From assembly GCA_023229245.1 (NCBI GenBank), contig JALNZU010000004.1, forward strand, positions 11,411-75,410: a stretch of DNA of 64,000 nucleotides. Reading direction: 5' to 3'. This document shows positions 29,655 through 39,800 of the stretch, one piece after another. The position numbers and the translations under genes were made by a program. The DNA is from Bacteroidales bacterium. Its GTDB lineage: Bacteria; Bacteroidota; Bacteroidia; Bacteroidales; F082. Position 1 is the stretch's first letter. Every line of letters starts with the position of its first letter. The notes below the pieces were generated by a model. It made no database searches and was not told the origin of the DNA. It saw nothing but the letters and a program-made list of their open reading frames with translations.

Positions 29655-29725
29655 ATCAAACAACCGATATTACACTATATATGTACTAGTAAACAAATTT
29701 ATTAATCTATAAAAACAACAACATA

Positions 29726-30199
29726 ATGAATGCTAGATTGAACTATGCCGGCGTTTCGCCCGAAGCATTACGTGCCATGTTGCACCTTGAAAAATACATG
29801 GCCGGTAGCGGTTTAGAACGTCCTTTATATGAATTGATTAAAATAAGGGCTTCACAGATCAACGGCTGTGCCTATTGTTTGGATATGCATACCAAAGATG
29901 CACGTCATGCCGGCGAGACAGAACAACGTATCTATGCGTTGAATGCCTGGCGTGATACACCTTTTTATACCGATCGTGAGAGAGCTGCTCTGGAATGGAC
30001 AGAAGCTCTCACACTGATTTCCCAAAATAGGGTTGAAGACCAGTTGTATGAAGCCGTGAGCAAACATTTTAACGAAAAAGAGCTTGTAGCAATAACTATG
30101 GCAGTCATAGCTATAAATGGATGGAACCGGTTAGCTATCAGCTTTAGGACGCCAGCAGGAAGTTATCAGCCGGGCGACCACGACCATGCTCCCCATTAA
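29726..30199 (+). CDS. Carboxymuconolactone decarboxylase (AhpD-like) family protein
   Basis: 157 aa. The INGCAYCLDMH CxxC motif and ...NAWRDTPFYTDRERAALEWTEA are typical of this family. Confidence 0.75.
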   Translation: MNARLNYAGVSPEALRAMLHLEKYMAGSGLERPLYELIKIRASQINGCAYCLDMHTKDARHAGETEQRIYALNAWRDTPFYTDRERAALEWTEALTLISQNRVEDQLYEAVSKHFNEKELVAITMAVIAINGWNRLAISFRTPAGSYQPGDHDHAPH

Positions 30200-30346
30200 C
30201 AAAAGGCTGAACAACTCAATAAAAAACAGATAAATACTTTTTTAATGATATCCATATGATTATGGCTACAAGAGGAAATGGTATATCAAAACAACTCAGT
30301 AGTATAATGATATTGGAATTACAACAAACGCTAAAATTATAAATCA

Positions 30347-30973
30347 ATGAAACGATGGTTGATATTCCTGTTTATCACAGGTTTAGCAGCGGCTTGTTCG
30401 CATCCGGTTGAGCGGCTGCCCGTGTATGGTAAAACGACCATAGTAGGCGAAGATACCCTGCATTCGGTGGTACGTCCATTTTCGTTTATCAATCAGGATA
30501 GCATAGAGATAACGAATCACAGCTTCGAATCGAGGATATATGTGACTGATTTTATTTTCTTGTCCTGCCCGAGTATATGTCCAATAATGACCCAGCAATT
30601 GAAAAGAGTGTATGAGATGTACCGGACTGATCCAAATGTGTTCTTTCTTTCGCATACTATAGATCCTGAGAATGATACTATCCCCCGGCTCAAAGCTTAT
30701 ACAGAAGATTTGGGAATAGATTCGGATAAATGGTTTTTCGTTACCGGTGATAAAGACAGCATTTTTTCTATTGCCAACGATAGCTATTTTGCAACTGCAT
30801 TTGCCGACAGTACAGCACCGGGCGGGTTTATACATAGTGGAGCCTTTCTGCTTATAGACACACACCGACAAATACGAGGAGCTTATGATGGAACCGATCC
30901 GGTAGAGGCTGAAAGACTGATGGATGACATACAAATTTTGCTTGCCGAAGAGTTTCCCCAACAATATAAATAA
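30347..30973 (+). CDS. SCO/SenC-family copper chaperone (thioredoxin fold), lipoprotein
   Basis: Lipobox LAAC. CxxxC copper motif CPSIC (Cys74/Cys78, nt 30566-30580) and the Sco signature HTIDPENDT. Confidence 0.8.
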   Translation: MKRWLIFLFITGLAAACSHPVERLPVYGKTTIVGEDTLHSVVRPFSFINQDSIEITNHSFESRIYVTDFIFLSCPSICPIMTQQLKRVYEMYRTDPNVFFLSHTIDPENDTIPRLKAYTEDLGIDSDKWFFVTGDKDSIFSIANDSYFATAFADSTAPGGFIHSGAFLLIDTHRQIRGAYDGTDPVEAERLMDDIQILLAEEFPQQYK

Positions 30974-31014
30974 CCTGTAAATCAATGAATCATTAACTAA
31001 AAATTTAAACGACC

Positions 31015-31557
31015 ATGCACCAAAATTCTATTCTACTGCTTTTTTTCTTTTTAATGGGTATTGCTTTGATTGTCTTCACCTACATTTTCTTCTCATCGAA
31101 GAAAGCTGATCAGGGCATGTCGAACCCTTTGAAGAAGCGATTCTGGTTTTTTCTTATTTTAGTTTTCATACTAGGTATTTTTGCTTCGGTAACCATTCCC
31201 AATTCACCTTATTTTGCTCATGCAGGCGAGACACCTGCTAAGGTAGTCCATGTGGCTGCTGCCCAGTTTATTTTTTATATGTCTGAGCAGGCTATTGATC
31301 CGGCTAAGCCAAGTGGCCATCCTATTGAGTTGCCTGCGAATGAAGTGGTTGAGTTTCGTGTTACCAGCCTGGATGTAAATCATGGCTTTGCAATTTACGA
31401 TGAAACGGGCAGACTTATCACACAAACACAGGCGATGCCAGGTTACGTGAACCGGTTGCGATACAAATTCGACCAGCCGGGTAAATACCATGTCCTTTGC
31501 TTAGAATATTGTGGCATTGCCCACCAGATCATGCGTACTTCATTTACTGTTAATTAG
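31015..31557 (+). CDS. Heme-copper oxidase subunit II-like cupredoxin protein with a complete CuA site
   Basis: 180 aa. Two N-terminal TM helices. CuA ligands are His123 (DVNHGF) and C162-x3-C166-x3-H170-x2-M173 (CLEYCGIAHQIM, nt 31498-31533). No cytochrome c domain. Confidence 0.75.
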   Translation: MHQNSILLLFFFLMGIALIVFTYIFFSSKKADQGMSNPLKKRFWFFLILVFILGIFASVTIPNSPYFAHAGETPAKVVHVAAAQFIFYMSEQAIDPAKPSGHPIELPANEVVEFRVTSLDVNHGFAIYDETGRLITQTQAMPGYVNRLRYKFDQPGKYHVLCLEYCGIAHQIMRTSFTVN

Positions 31558-31577
31558 CCAACTAAAACTGTATTATC

Positions 31578-33017
31578 ATGGAATCCATAAAAATAAAAAA
31601 GATTACCTCGGTGTGGATCATCACCGTACTAGTGTTGTTTGTTGCCTCTATTGTATTGGGTATTTTGATGCGACTCAATCAGGGTGGAGCCTTAAATCAG
31701 GCTCCTATAAATTTTTATTCTAATATGACTATTCATGGGCTTACTATGATAGGTATCTGGTTTGTAGCCGGTATGGCAGGTATTAATTTCCTGATGGAGC
31801 GTTATGTAAAAACCAGTTATAAAGCCAATCTTACTGCATTTATCCTCACAGTGATAGGTGTAGTGATGCTTTGGGTCATCACCCTTGTTGGGAAATTTCA
31901 CGTAGCCTGGACTTTTCTGTATCCGATGCCGTTCAAAATAATGTGGGCTAAATGGGCAACACCAGCTTTTTTAGTTGCAATGTCGATATTATCAATAGGA
32001 TGGCTGATTTGGAGTATCAGCATGATGACACAGATACTGAAAAAATATTCTATTGCACAAGCGTTTGCCTGGCAGCATTTCACTAAAGACCCATCCGTAA
32101 AGACCCCGCCTTTCATCCTGATATCTATGATCACCTTAGTTGGGGTGATCACTTGTCTGTTTGTAGCAGTAGTATTGATGGCGCTTTATTTTGCCGAGTT
32201 TTTGTCCAAAGGTAGTTTTGTGAATGATGCATTATTAATGAAAAACCTCACCTATTTTTTTGGTCATACTATTGCTAATGAAATGCTGTATCTGGGCCTT
32301 GCCGTATTGTATGAGTTATTTGCCGAAGTAGGTGGCAAAGCAAAGTGGCAGACAAGCTGGTATGTGGCACTGGCCTGGAACTTTACCCTTATTTTCATTC
32401 TGACAGCCTTTTTCCATCATTTGTATATGGACTTTGTACAGCCTGAAGGGTTTCAGATCATCGGACAGTTGGCCTCGTATATGGCCAGTTTGCCGGCAGC
32501 GGCAGTAACTGTGTTCAGTGTGTGGGTAGCGGTATATCGAACAAAGATCAAGTGGTCGCTGACTAATCTGTTATTCTTTATTGGAGTGGCAGGCTGGGTG
32601 ATAGGTGGTTTCGGAGCTGTGATTGATGCAACTATCTCCAATAATGTAGTCTTACACAACACCTTATGGGTGCCTGCACATTTTCATTCTTATAATGTGA
32701 TGGGAAATGTGTTGTTCAGTCTGGCCTTCTTCTATTGGTTTTCTATACAATTCACCGAAAAAGTGGTGAACGAACGACTTTCAAAGCTTGTCTTAAGTCT
32801 GCTGATCATCGGTGGTGCTGGTTTTCTGTTGGCTTTTTATCTCGGTGGTGCCGATTCTATCCCCCGCCGATACAGCAATTATCCGGCAGAGTTCACATCA
32901 GCTAAGCCATTGGCATTAGTCGGGGCAGCCTTTGCAACCGTATATCTGATTCCGATTCTGATTTTGTTTGTTACTATTACCAAACGATGTATAAAAGTTT
33001 TGTTTTCTTCGCGCTGA
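31578..33017 (+). CDS. Heme-copper oxidase superfamily catalytic subunit I, B-family-like, lacking the cross-link Tyr (possible NOR-type)
   Basis: 479 aa, polytopic. Aligns by eye to T. thermophilus ba3 subunit I: MTIHGL (His53), FFGHTIAN (His230, with Asn234 where ba3 has GHPIVY), FFHHLY (His280/281), HNTLWVPAHFH (His368/370), IPRRY. Confidence 0.8.
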   Translation: MESIKIKKITSVWIITVLVLFVASIVLGILMRLNQGGALNQAPINFYSNMTIHGLTMIGIWFVAGMAGINFLMERYVKTSYKANLTAFILTVIGVVMLWVITLVGKFHVAWTFLYPMPFKIMWAKWATPAFLVAMSILSIGWLIWSISMMTQILKKYSIAQAFAWQHFTKDPSVKTPPFILISMITLVGVITCLFVAVVLMALYFAEFLSKGSFVNDALLMKNLTYFFGHTIANEMLYLGLAVLYELFAEVGGKAKWQTSWYVALAWNFTLIFILTAFFHHLYMDFVQPEGFQIIGQLASYMASLPAAAVTVFSVWVAVYRTKIKWSLTNLLFFIGVAGWVIGGFGAVIDATISNNVVLHNTLWVPAHFHSYNVMGNVLFSLAFFYWFSIQFTEKVVNERLSKLVLSLLIIGGAGFLLAFYLGGADSIPRRYSNYPAEFTSAKPLALVGAAFATVYLIPILILFVTITKRCIKVLFSSR

Positions 33018-33739
33018 TAGTTTTGCTAACTCACTCATCATCGGCTCAGAGCTTTTCCGATGCGATGAAAGAGGAGATCAATATCTATCAGAAAATTTAT
33101 GATGCACCCTTGCAGGTGGCTGGAAAGCCACCTGCAAGTTTTAAAGAGTTTTATTCGCAGCAACCGTTTGTACTAGCTTTAGTTTTTACCCGATGCGTAG
33201 GAATATGTAGCCCGTTTTTGGTGAACCTGAAGGAAACTATACAACTACAGCCTTTTGAGAAAGATTTTAAAATAATTGTAGTCAGTTTCGATCCATGGGA
33301 TACGGCAGACGAAATGGAACTGCTTGCCCGCAACTTAGGATTGAAATCCGACCCAAAATGGATATTTGCCGTTACAGACAGCATTGACCAAATGAATCGT
33401 TCGCTTGGTTTTGATCCTGTTTGGGATAGTGTACGCATGCAGTTCGACCACGATGCCCTTTTAGTTGGAATCAATGGTGACGGCTATATCACTAAAAAAC
33501 TTATTGGACTTAGAGAGCGAAACGAGTTGAACCAATTAGTAGCAAGCATACATAATGTGTTTTCGCCTACTTATCGCCTGCCAAACCCTAATATTCTATT
33601 CTCCTGTTTTAATTATGATCCGATAAGTGGTAAAAACAAACCCGGATTAGGCCTTGCCTTTCTTGCGTTACCAGCAGTGATGGCAGTAGGAGTGCTATTG
33701 ATAGTCAGTATGTCTGTCAGAAAAAGAAAAATACTCTGA
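32987..33739 (+). CDS. Second SCO-like thioredoxin-fold protein with signal peptide and C-terminal TM anchor
   Basis: 250 aa. CVGIC CxxxC motif (Cys70/74) and VSFDPWDT (Sco-like DPxxDT). C-terminal hydrophobic helix then RKRK. Overlaps the end of subunit I by 31 nt. Confidence 0.6.
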   Translation: MYKSFVFFALIVLLTHSSSAQSFSDAMKEEINIYQKIYDAPLQVAGKPPASFKEFYSQQPFVLALVFTRCVGICSPFLVNLKETIQLQPFEKDFKIIVVSFDPWDTADEMELLARNLGLKSDPKWIFAVTDSIDQMNRSLGFDPVWDSVRMQFDHDALLVGINGDGYITKKLIGLRERNELNQLVASIHNVFSPTYRLPNPNILFSCFNYDPISGKNKPGLGLAFLALPAVMAVGVLLIVSMSVRKRKIL

Positions 33740-33977
33740 TTTTGGTATGTCTAATTAGCTTTGTACTTCACCGTAAAGCGACATAATTGCATGAGTTTAC
33801 AGAAAAGGCTGTTTTGATTACACTACTCACGCAAATAGCTAAAGACTATTAGCTTTTTAATTGCAATCCAAATTCAGTATGATGTCTGACAAGCAGATAG
33901 ATTCAATCAAGCCAATATCAAATTATTTTTTTGGGAGTTTTCTGTTCACCTTTTCTGAAGACAAATTTTTTTAATCA

Positions 33978-35063
33978 TCAGCCTTTATAGAATGGCAGTT
34001 TGACGATGGTAGCCGGCATCAGCTTTTCCCGTATCTTGATATAGATACGGTCTCCTAACTTGCTGTGTTCTTTGGCTATGTAGCCCATTCCTATTCCTTT
34101 TTTCAGCATAGGCGACATAGTTCCTGAGGTTACTTCGCCAATTCGGGTTCCATCTTCTAAGCATATCTCGTGATGCTGGCGCGGAATGCCGCGTTCTAAT
34201 TCAAAAGCTTTTAGCAACCGTTTAGTGCCATTGGTTTTATGTTCAAAATTCAGCTCACGGTCGATAAAGTCATTCCCGTCAGTAAACTTGGTGATCCAAC
34301 CTAATCCTGCTTCGATAGGGGAAGTGGTTTCATCTATATCATTTCCGTAGAGGCAGTATCCCATCTCCAATCGGAGGGTGTCGCGTGCTGCCAGTCCTAT
34401 AGGCTTGATTCCGTATGGTTCACCTGCTTTTAATATGGCTTTATATACCTTTTCAGCATCTTTATTATCAAGGTATATCTCACATCCACCTTCACCTGTA
34501 TAGCCAGTTGTGGAGAAGAGTACATCAGATACTCCGGCAAATTCTATGTTGGTGAAGCTGTAGTGTTCCATTTCTGTGATTGGTGTATCGGTAAGCTCTT
34601 GCATAGCTTTCAAAGCCAAAGGCCCTTGAATGGCAAACACAGAAGTGCTGTCAGAAGTGTTGGAAAGCTTAGCACCTGTATCGTTATGTTGTTCTATCCA
34701 AGCCCAGTCCTTGTCGATATTGCTGGCATTGACTACCAATAAAAACCTGTTGTTCTCAAACCGATAAACTAAAAAATCGTCAACGATACCGCCTTTCCCA
34801 TTAGGGAAACAACTATATTGTATTTTTCCTGGCTTTAACAGATTGATATCGTTAGAGCTTACTTTTTGAATTAACTCTATGGCACCTGATCCTTCTATCC
34901 ATATTTGTCCCATATGTGATACGTCGAAAACGCCAAGAGCTTTGCGTACGGTTTCGTGTTCAAGATTGATGCCTTCAAACTGTATAGGCATTTCAAAACC
35001 TGCGAAAGGTACCATTTTAGCGCCCATTTCATGATGCAGGTGATTCAGAGCAGTCTTTTTCAT
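33978..35063 (-). CDS. gcvT: Glycine cleavage system aminomethyltransferase (T protein)
   Basis: 361 aa. [46 protein letters not shown] and VTSGTMSP are canonical GcvT. Confidence 0.92.
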   Translation of the reverse strand: MKKTALNHLHHEMGAKMVPFAGFEMPIQFEGINLEHETVRKALGVFDVSHMGQIWIEGSGAIELIQKVSSNDINLLKPGKIQYSCFPNGKGGIVDDFLVYRFENNRFLLVVNASNIDKDWAWIEQHNDTGAKLSNTSDSTSVFAIQGPLALKAMQELTDTPITEMEHYSFTNIEFAGVSDVLFSTTGYTGEGGCEIYLDNKDAEKVYKAILKAGEPYGIKPIGLAARDTLRLEMGYCLYGNDIDETTSPIEAGLGWITKFTDGNDFIDRELNFEHKTNGTKRLLKAFELERGIPRQHHEICLEDGTRIGEVTSGTMSPMLKKGIGMGYIAKEHSKLGDRIYIKIREKLMPATIVKLPFYKG

Positions 35064-35180
35064 TTTGTGTATTTTATTGATTTATCGTTAAATTCATGAT
35101 TATACGGTTTCACTGAGTTTTTGTTTAAAGTAATGGCTTTAGTTGTATGCAGTTACCTATCACTGTGTTTGGTCAAGGCT

Positions 35181-36095
35181 TTAAAACACTGATTTTCCGA
35201 GATAGGTTGTAAATCGTTCTAAGGCTTCAAATCCTACTACCGAGTTTCCCATGCTGTTGAGCGGAGGCGACCACACTACCATACTCAGCAGATCGGGTAT
35301 CAATGCTGCTATACCTCCTCCGACACCACTTTTGCCTGGCATACCCACCCTGAAAGCAAACTCGCTGGATTCATTATACAAGCCTGTAGTCAGCATCAGG
35401 GCTTTGAGGCGCTTAGCCCGGCTTGAATCTAGTATCTGAACGCCATCCTGAGGGTTAATGCCGTTATTGGCTAAATACAAAAAAGCTGTAGCCAATTGTG
35501 AGCTCGTCATTTCAATAGCACATTGGTGAAAATAGATTTCCAACACCTGATCCACATCATGGTGAATATTCCCAAAGCTCTTCATGAAATGAGCCAATGC
35601 CAGATTCCTATGACCGTATATACGCTCTGAAGCAGCTACCACAGGATTGTAATGAATAGTAGCATCACCGGCAAGCTGCCTGACAAATCTCAGCATCTCT
35701 TGTAGCGGATCGGGAAATATGTCTAACAAAATGTCGGCAACCACTATAGCACCGGCATTGATGAATGGATTACGAGGAATGCCGTTTTCGTATTCAAGCT
35801 GTATCAACGAATTAAAAGCCGTTCCTGAAGATTCTTTGCCTATCCTGTTCCAAATATCATCTCCTCTGTGTTTATAGGCCAAAGTAAAACTGAACACTTT
35901 GGAAATACTTTGAATAGAAAATGGAATATGTGCGTCGCCTATATGGTAAGCCGACTGGTCTATACTAACCACGCTGATGCCATAACGACTCGGATCAATA
36001 CTTGCCAGGGCAGGTATATAATCAGCTACTTTTCCCTGAGTGAACATAGGTCTGGTCTCATAAAAAATACGCTGAAGTATCGCTTGGTAATCCAT
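35181..36095 (-). CDS. glsA: Glutaminase A
   Basis: GKVADYIPALA, FSIQSISKVF (serine-beta-lactamase-like S-x-x-K), PRNPFINAGAI and PGKSGVGGGI. The ATG at 36095 (MDYQAILQRI) is preferred over the longer ORF-track start. Confidence 0.85.
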   Translation of the reverse strand: MDYQAILQRIFYETRPMFTQGKVADYIPALASIDPSRYGISVVSIDQSAYHIGDAHIPFSIQSISKVFSFTLAYKHRGDDIWNRIGKESSGTAFNSLIQLEYENGIPRNPFINAGAIVVADILLDIFPDPLQEMLRFVRQLAGDATIHYNPVVAASERIYGHRNLALAHFMKSFGNIHHDVDQVLEIYFHQCAIEMTSSQLATAFLYLANNGINPQDGVQILDSSRAKRLKALMLTTGLYNESSEFAFRVGMPGKSGVGGGIAALIPDLLSMVVWSPPLNSMGNSVVGFEALERFTTYLGKSVF

Positions 36096-36205
36096 CTTCC
36101 GGTTTTCTTGCAAAGGTAGAAAATGTATTTGCATAATGCCTCAGGCAGCTAAATATTGGTGTTGTATTAGATGTGAAGAAAAAACTGATGTATAAGCTTA
36201 CTTGA

Positions 36206-36236
36206 TTGCTTACACACAGATTATCGCATATATTTG
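36206..36236 (+). promoter_or_regulatory. Candidate promoter (TTG at 36206-36208, 20-nt spacer, TATATTTG at 36229-36236)
   Basis: Matches the Bacteroidetes TTG/TAnnTTTG architecture, ~43 nt upstream of the 36279 start. Confidence 0.4.
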
Positions 36237-36278
36237 CATAAACTAATTGAACCTTTGAAGGCATAATACCTGTTTATC

Positions 36279-36839
36279 ATGGCAAAGAAAAAACCTGCGA
36301 AGAAGAAAAAACCGGTTCGACGCTCTACTGCACCTAAGAAAAAAACAAGTGACAGATATTTACGTCTGATTCTTCGTTTTTTGGTAGTCGTATTGATACT
36401 TGTGTTCATAGCTTATGTGGCAAGCTATGTCTTTTTGCGTTCCTCATCAACCGTACCACCTGTCAAAAAAGAGCTGAGGGCTGACGATACCTCAAATGCT
36501 GATATGTCAAGTGAATCCCGTACTCCTATTAATAATCAGTTTGTAGTTTCCGTTTTAGACGGTACCTGGGTAAGTACCGAAAATGGTGCCTTGTTTACTA
36601 TTGACAGAGGGGGCTATACTTTGGAAGTTCCTTCGGTGGAGAATACCGATCCTCTCAAAGGGAATATCCTTGTCACAGATTCCCGGATCGAATTAGTAGG
36701 AGCGTCTACTTCTGTATGTGCCGGTATTTCGGGTATCTATTCATTTCAGTTGCATGACGATGAGATAATGCTTGCACTTCAAGCAGATAGCTGTATTAGA
36801 CGATCGCAGCTACTAGAAGGTAAATGGTTTAAGCTTTGA
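36279..36839 (+). CDS. Hypothetical single-pass membrane protein with a Lys-rich N-terminus
   Basis: 186 aa. MAKKKPAKKKKPVRRSTAPKKK, then a TM helix (LILRFLVVVLILVFIAYVASYVF), then a ~120-aa beta-rich ectodomain. I recognise no family. It has a promoter-like element upstream. Confidence 0.4.
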   Translation: MAKKKPAKKKKPVRRSTAPKKKTSDRYLRLILRFLVVVLILVFIAYVASYVFLRSSSTVPPVKKELRADDTSNADMSSESRTPINNQFVVSVLDGTWVSTENGALFTIDRGGYTLEVPSVENTDPLKGNILVTDSRIELVGASTSVCAGISGIYSFQLHDDEIMLALQADSCIRRSQLLEGKWFKL

Positions 36840-39800
36840 TCAGTCAATTTGTGCGACTATCCATTCGCGTGCATTTACAAAGGCTTCCATCCATGGGCTG
36901 ACTTCATCCTGCCTTCTTTGCTCCGGGTAGTATGGCCATTGCCAAGGCAGGAATGCGCGTTCTATATGAGGCATCATCGCCAGATGGCGTCCGTTATTTG
37001 AACAAAGGGCGGCAGTACCCCAGTCGCTTCCGTTTGGATTGCCCGGGTAATCCTCATAGCCATAAGTCATAGCAATATTGTATTTATCTCTGTAACAAGG
37101 GAAGCTGAACTTGCCCTCGCCATGCGAGACCCAAACACCTAACCGTTTGCCGGCCAAACTGCTTAACATGATGCTATTGTTAGACGGTATCTCAACAGTC
37201 AGAAAAGCAGATTCAAATTTCTGCGAATCATTGGGCAGTATCTTCACCTGCTCGGGATGCTCGGGGTAGATCAGGTTCAGCTCAACCATCAGCTGACAGC
37301 CATTACACACTCCTAAACTAAGGGTATCGGGTCGTTTATAGAAGTTGGTCAGTGCGTCTTTGGCTTTTTCGTTATACAGAAAAGCTCCGGCCCAGCCTTT
37401 GGCCGATCCCAATACATCGGAGTTGGAAAAACCACCTACGAAAGCAATCATATGGACATCCGAAAGGTCTTCACTCCCGTTGATGAGATCGGTCATATGT
37501 ACGTCTTTCACGTCAAAGCCAGCTAAGTATAGGGCATAAGCCATCTCACGGTCGCCGTTGACACCCTTCTCGCGAATAATGGCAGCTTGTATCCCCGAGG
37601 AAACTCTACGATTGAACTGAATTTGAAACTGAGAAGCTTGACCGCTAAACAAATGTCCAAAGCTGAAGCGGAGCTCTTGCCTTTTGTAGTTTTTAAATCG
37701 CTGAAGCGCATACCGCTCGCCGCTCTGATGACGATCAAACTCATACGAAGTGCTGAACCACTGATCGCGTAAGGCATGGATATCGAATAAGTGTTTTTGT
37801 GCTCCATGGCTGATATGAAGCTCTGCTTTTTCAATGGCATGACCAATATCCTGATAACGAATGCCGGCTTCTTTCAGAATGGCAAAAGCACTGCTGTTGC
37901 TTTCAACTTGTATGACAACTGAAGGTTTTTCACAAAACAGCAGATCAACGATATGAATATCTTCCCAGTGGCTAAGGTCAATCTGCATACCAGTATCCGG
38001 GTTGGAGAAATTCATTTCCAACAATGTAGTGATCAGTCCGCCAGCCGATACGTCGTGTCCGCTTAGGATAAGCCCTTTGTTGATCAATTGCTGCAGGGCT
38101 TCAAATGCTTGAGCAAAATAGCTGATATCTTCTATTTCAGGGCTTTGGTCTCCTAACTGATTCAGTGTTTGTGCCAGACTGCTTCCTCCAAGATGAAAGC
38201 CACCTCCGGCTAAGTCAATATACAGCAAGCGGCTGTTCCGATCGGGTTTGAGACGAGGCGTAACGGTTTTTCGTATGTCTTTCACTTCTCCAACTGCTGT
38301 AACTATGACAGTTCCTGGAGCTAATACACGTGTCCCGTCAGGATATTGCTGTGTCATTGAGAGTGAATCTTTTCCGGTAGGTACGTTGATTCCAAGGCTT
38401 ACGCACATATCGCTTAAAGCTTCAACAGCCTGATACAGCCTTGCATTTTCACCTGCATTTTTTGCCGGCCACATCCAGTTAGCGCTGAGCGAAACCCCTT
38501 TCAACCCGCCTTCTATTGGTGTCCAAACGATATTCGTAAGTGCTTCGGCTACTGCCAGTTGCGAACCCGCCTGTGCATTGATCAAGGCAGCTGCCGGAGC
38601 ATGCCCAATAGCAGTGGCAATACCTCGGCTGCCTGTGTAATCAATGGTTATAACGCCTAGATTGTTGAGCGGAAGCTGTATGGGGCCTGTGGTTTGCTGG
38701 GTGGCTACACGTCCACTTACCGATCTGTCTGCTTTGTTGGTCAGCCAATCTTTACAGGCTACCGCCTCTAACTTCAATACTGCATTCAGATAGCTATGGA
38801 GTTGGTGTTCGTGGGTGTTAACAGGCTTATATGAGTTAGAGCTTGTCAGGTCGGTCAGCTGGGTCATAGGAGGTTTTCCCAACAAGTCTTTTAATTTCAT
38901 ATGAACCGGAAACAAGGTTTCGCTTCGTTTGATACGCAGCATTCCGTCGTCGTATACAGTGCCTACCTCAAAAAGTGGTGCTCGTTCTCTTTCGGCTACC
39001 TTTTTCAGCAGCACTACATCATTGGCATCAATAACCAATCCCATTCGTTCCTGCGATTCGTTTCCTAATATCTCTTTATCCGATAAGGTAGGATCGCCTA
39101 CGGGTAATTTGTCCATATAAACCATGCCTCCGGTAGCTTCAACTAGTTCTGAAAGGCAGTTGAAATGCCCGCCGGCTCCGTGATCATGTATGGAGCGTAT
39201 GGGGTTGTGATCGGCTTCGGCCATAGCTCGTATCACATTGGCAATGCTTTTCTGCATTTCGGGGTTGGCCCGTTGCACCGCATTCAGTTCAATAGTGCTG
39301 CTGAGTTGACCAGTATCCACACTTGACACAGCACCTCCTCCCATTCCAATCCGATAATTATCACCTCCCATGACTATGATCGTATCACCTTCCAAAGGTT
39401 TTTCCTTTATGGCGTCCTCTACTTTGGCATATCCAACACCTCCGGCCAGCATGATCACCTTATCGTATCCATACAATTGGTTGTTTTCCTGATGCTCGAA
39501 GGTAAGCAGACTGCCGTTGATCAGTGGCTGTCCGAATTTGTTTCCGTAGTCGGATGCTCCATCGGATGCTTTGATGAGTATATCAAGTGGTGATTGGTAC
39601 AGCCAAGGTCTGGGGGGATATTTTCCTTCCCAAAGGCGTTGGTTATTCATCCTGGGGTAGGAGGTCATATATACTGCTGTCCCGGCCAATGGGATGCTGC
39701 CTTTACCACCTGCCATACGGTCGCGTATCTCACCGCCTGATCCGGTAGCAGCTCCATAAAAAGGTTCTACGGTAGTAGGGAAGTTATGGGTCTCTGCTTT

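Noticed and set aside
30252-30265. Inverted repeat CCATAtgatTATGG upstream of the first Sco gene, considered as a possible second Rrf2 operator.
   Set aside because: The arms are only 5 bp. Aligned as a reverse complement to the 24337-24352 core, it matches 9 of 16 positions, mostly in the central ATCA. That is too weak to claim a shared operator.
30383-30985. A 200-aa minus-strand ORF spanning almost the whole Sco gene in antisense.
   Set aside because: The translation has no recognisable motifs and has a low-complexity, Cys/Ile/Arg-skewed composition. The plus-strand frame carries clear Sco signatures (CPSIC, HTIDPENDT). I treat it as a shadow ORF.
35064-35180. Looked for a glycine riboswitch upstream of gcvT.
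   Set aside because: The 117-nt leader is AT-rich. It lacks the conserved GGAGAG...CACCG and ACTCTGGAGAG-type elements I associate with glycine aptamers.
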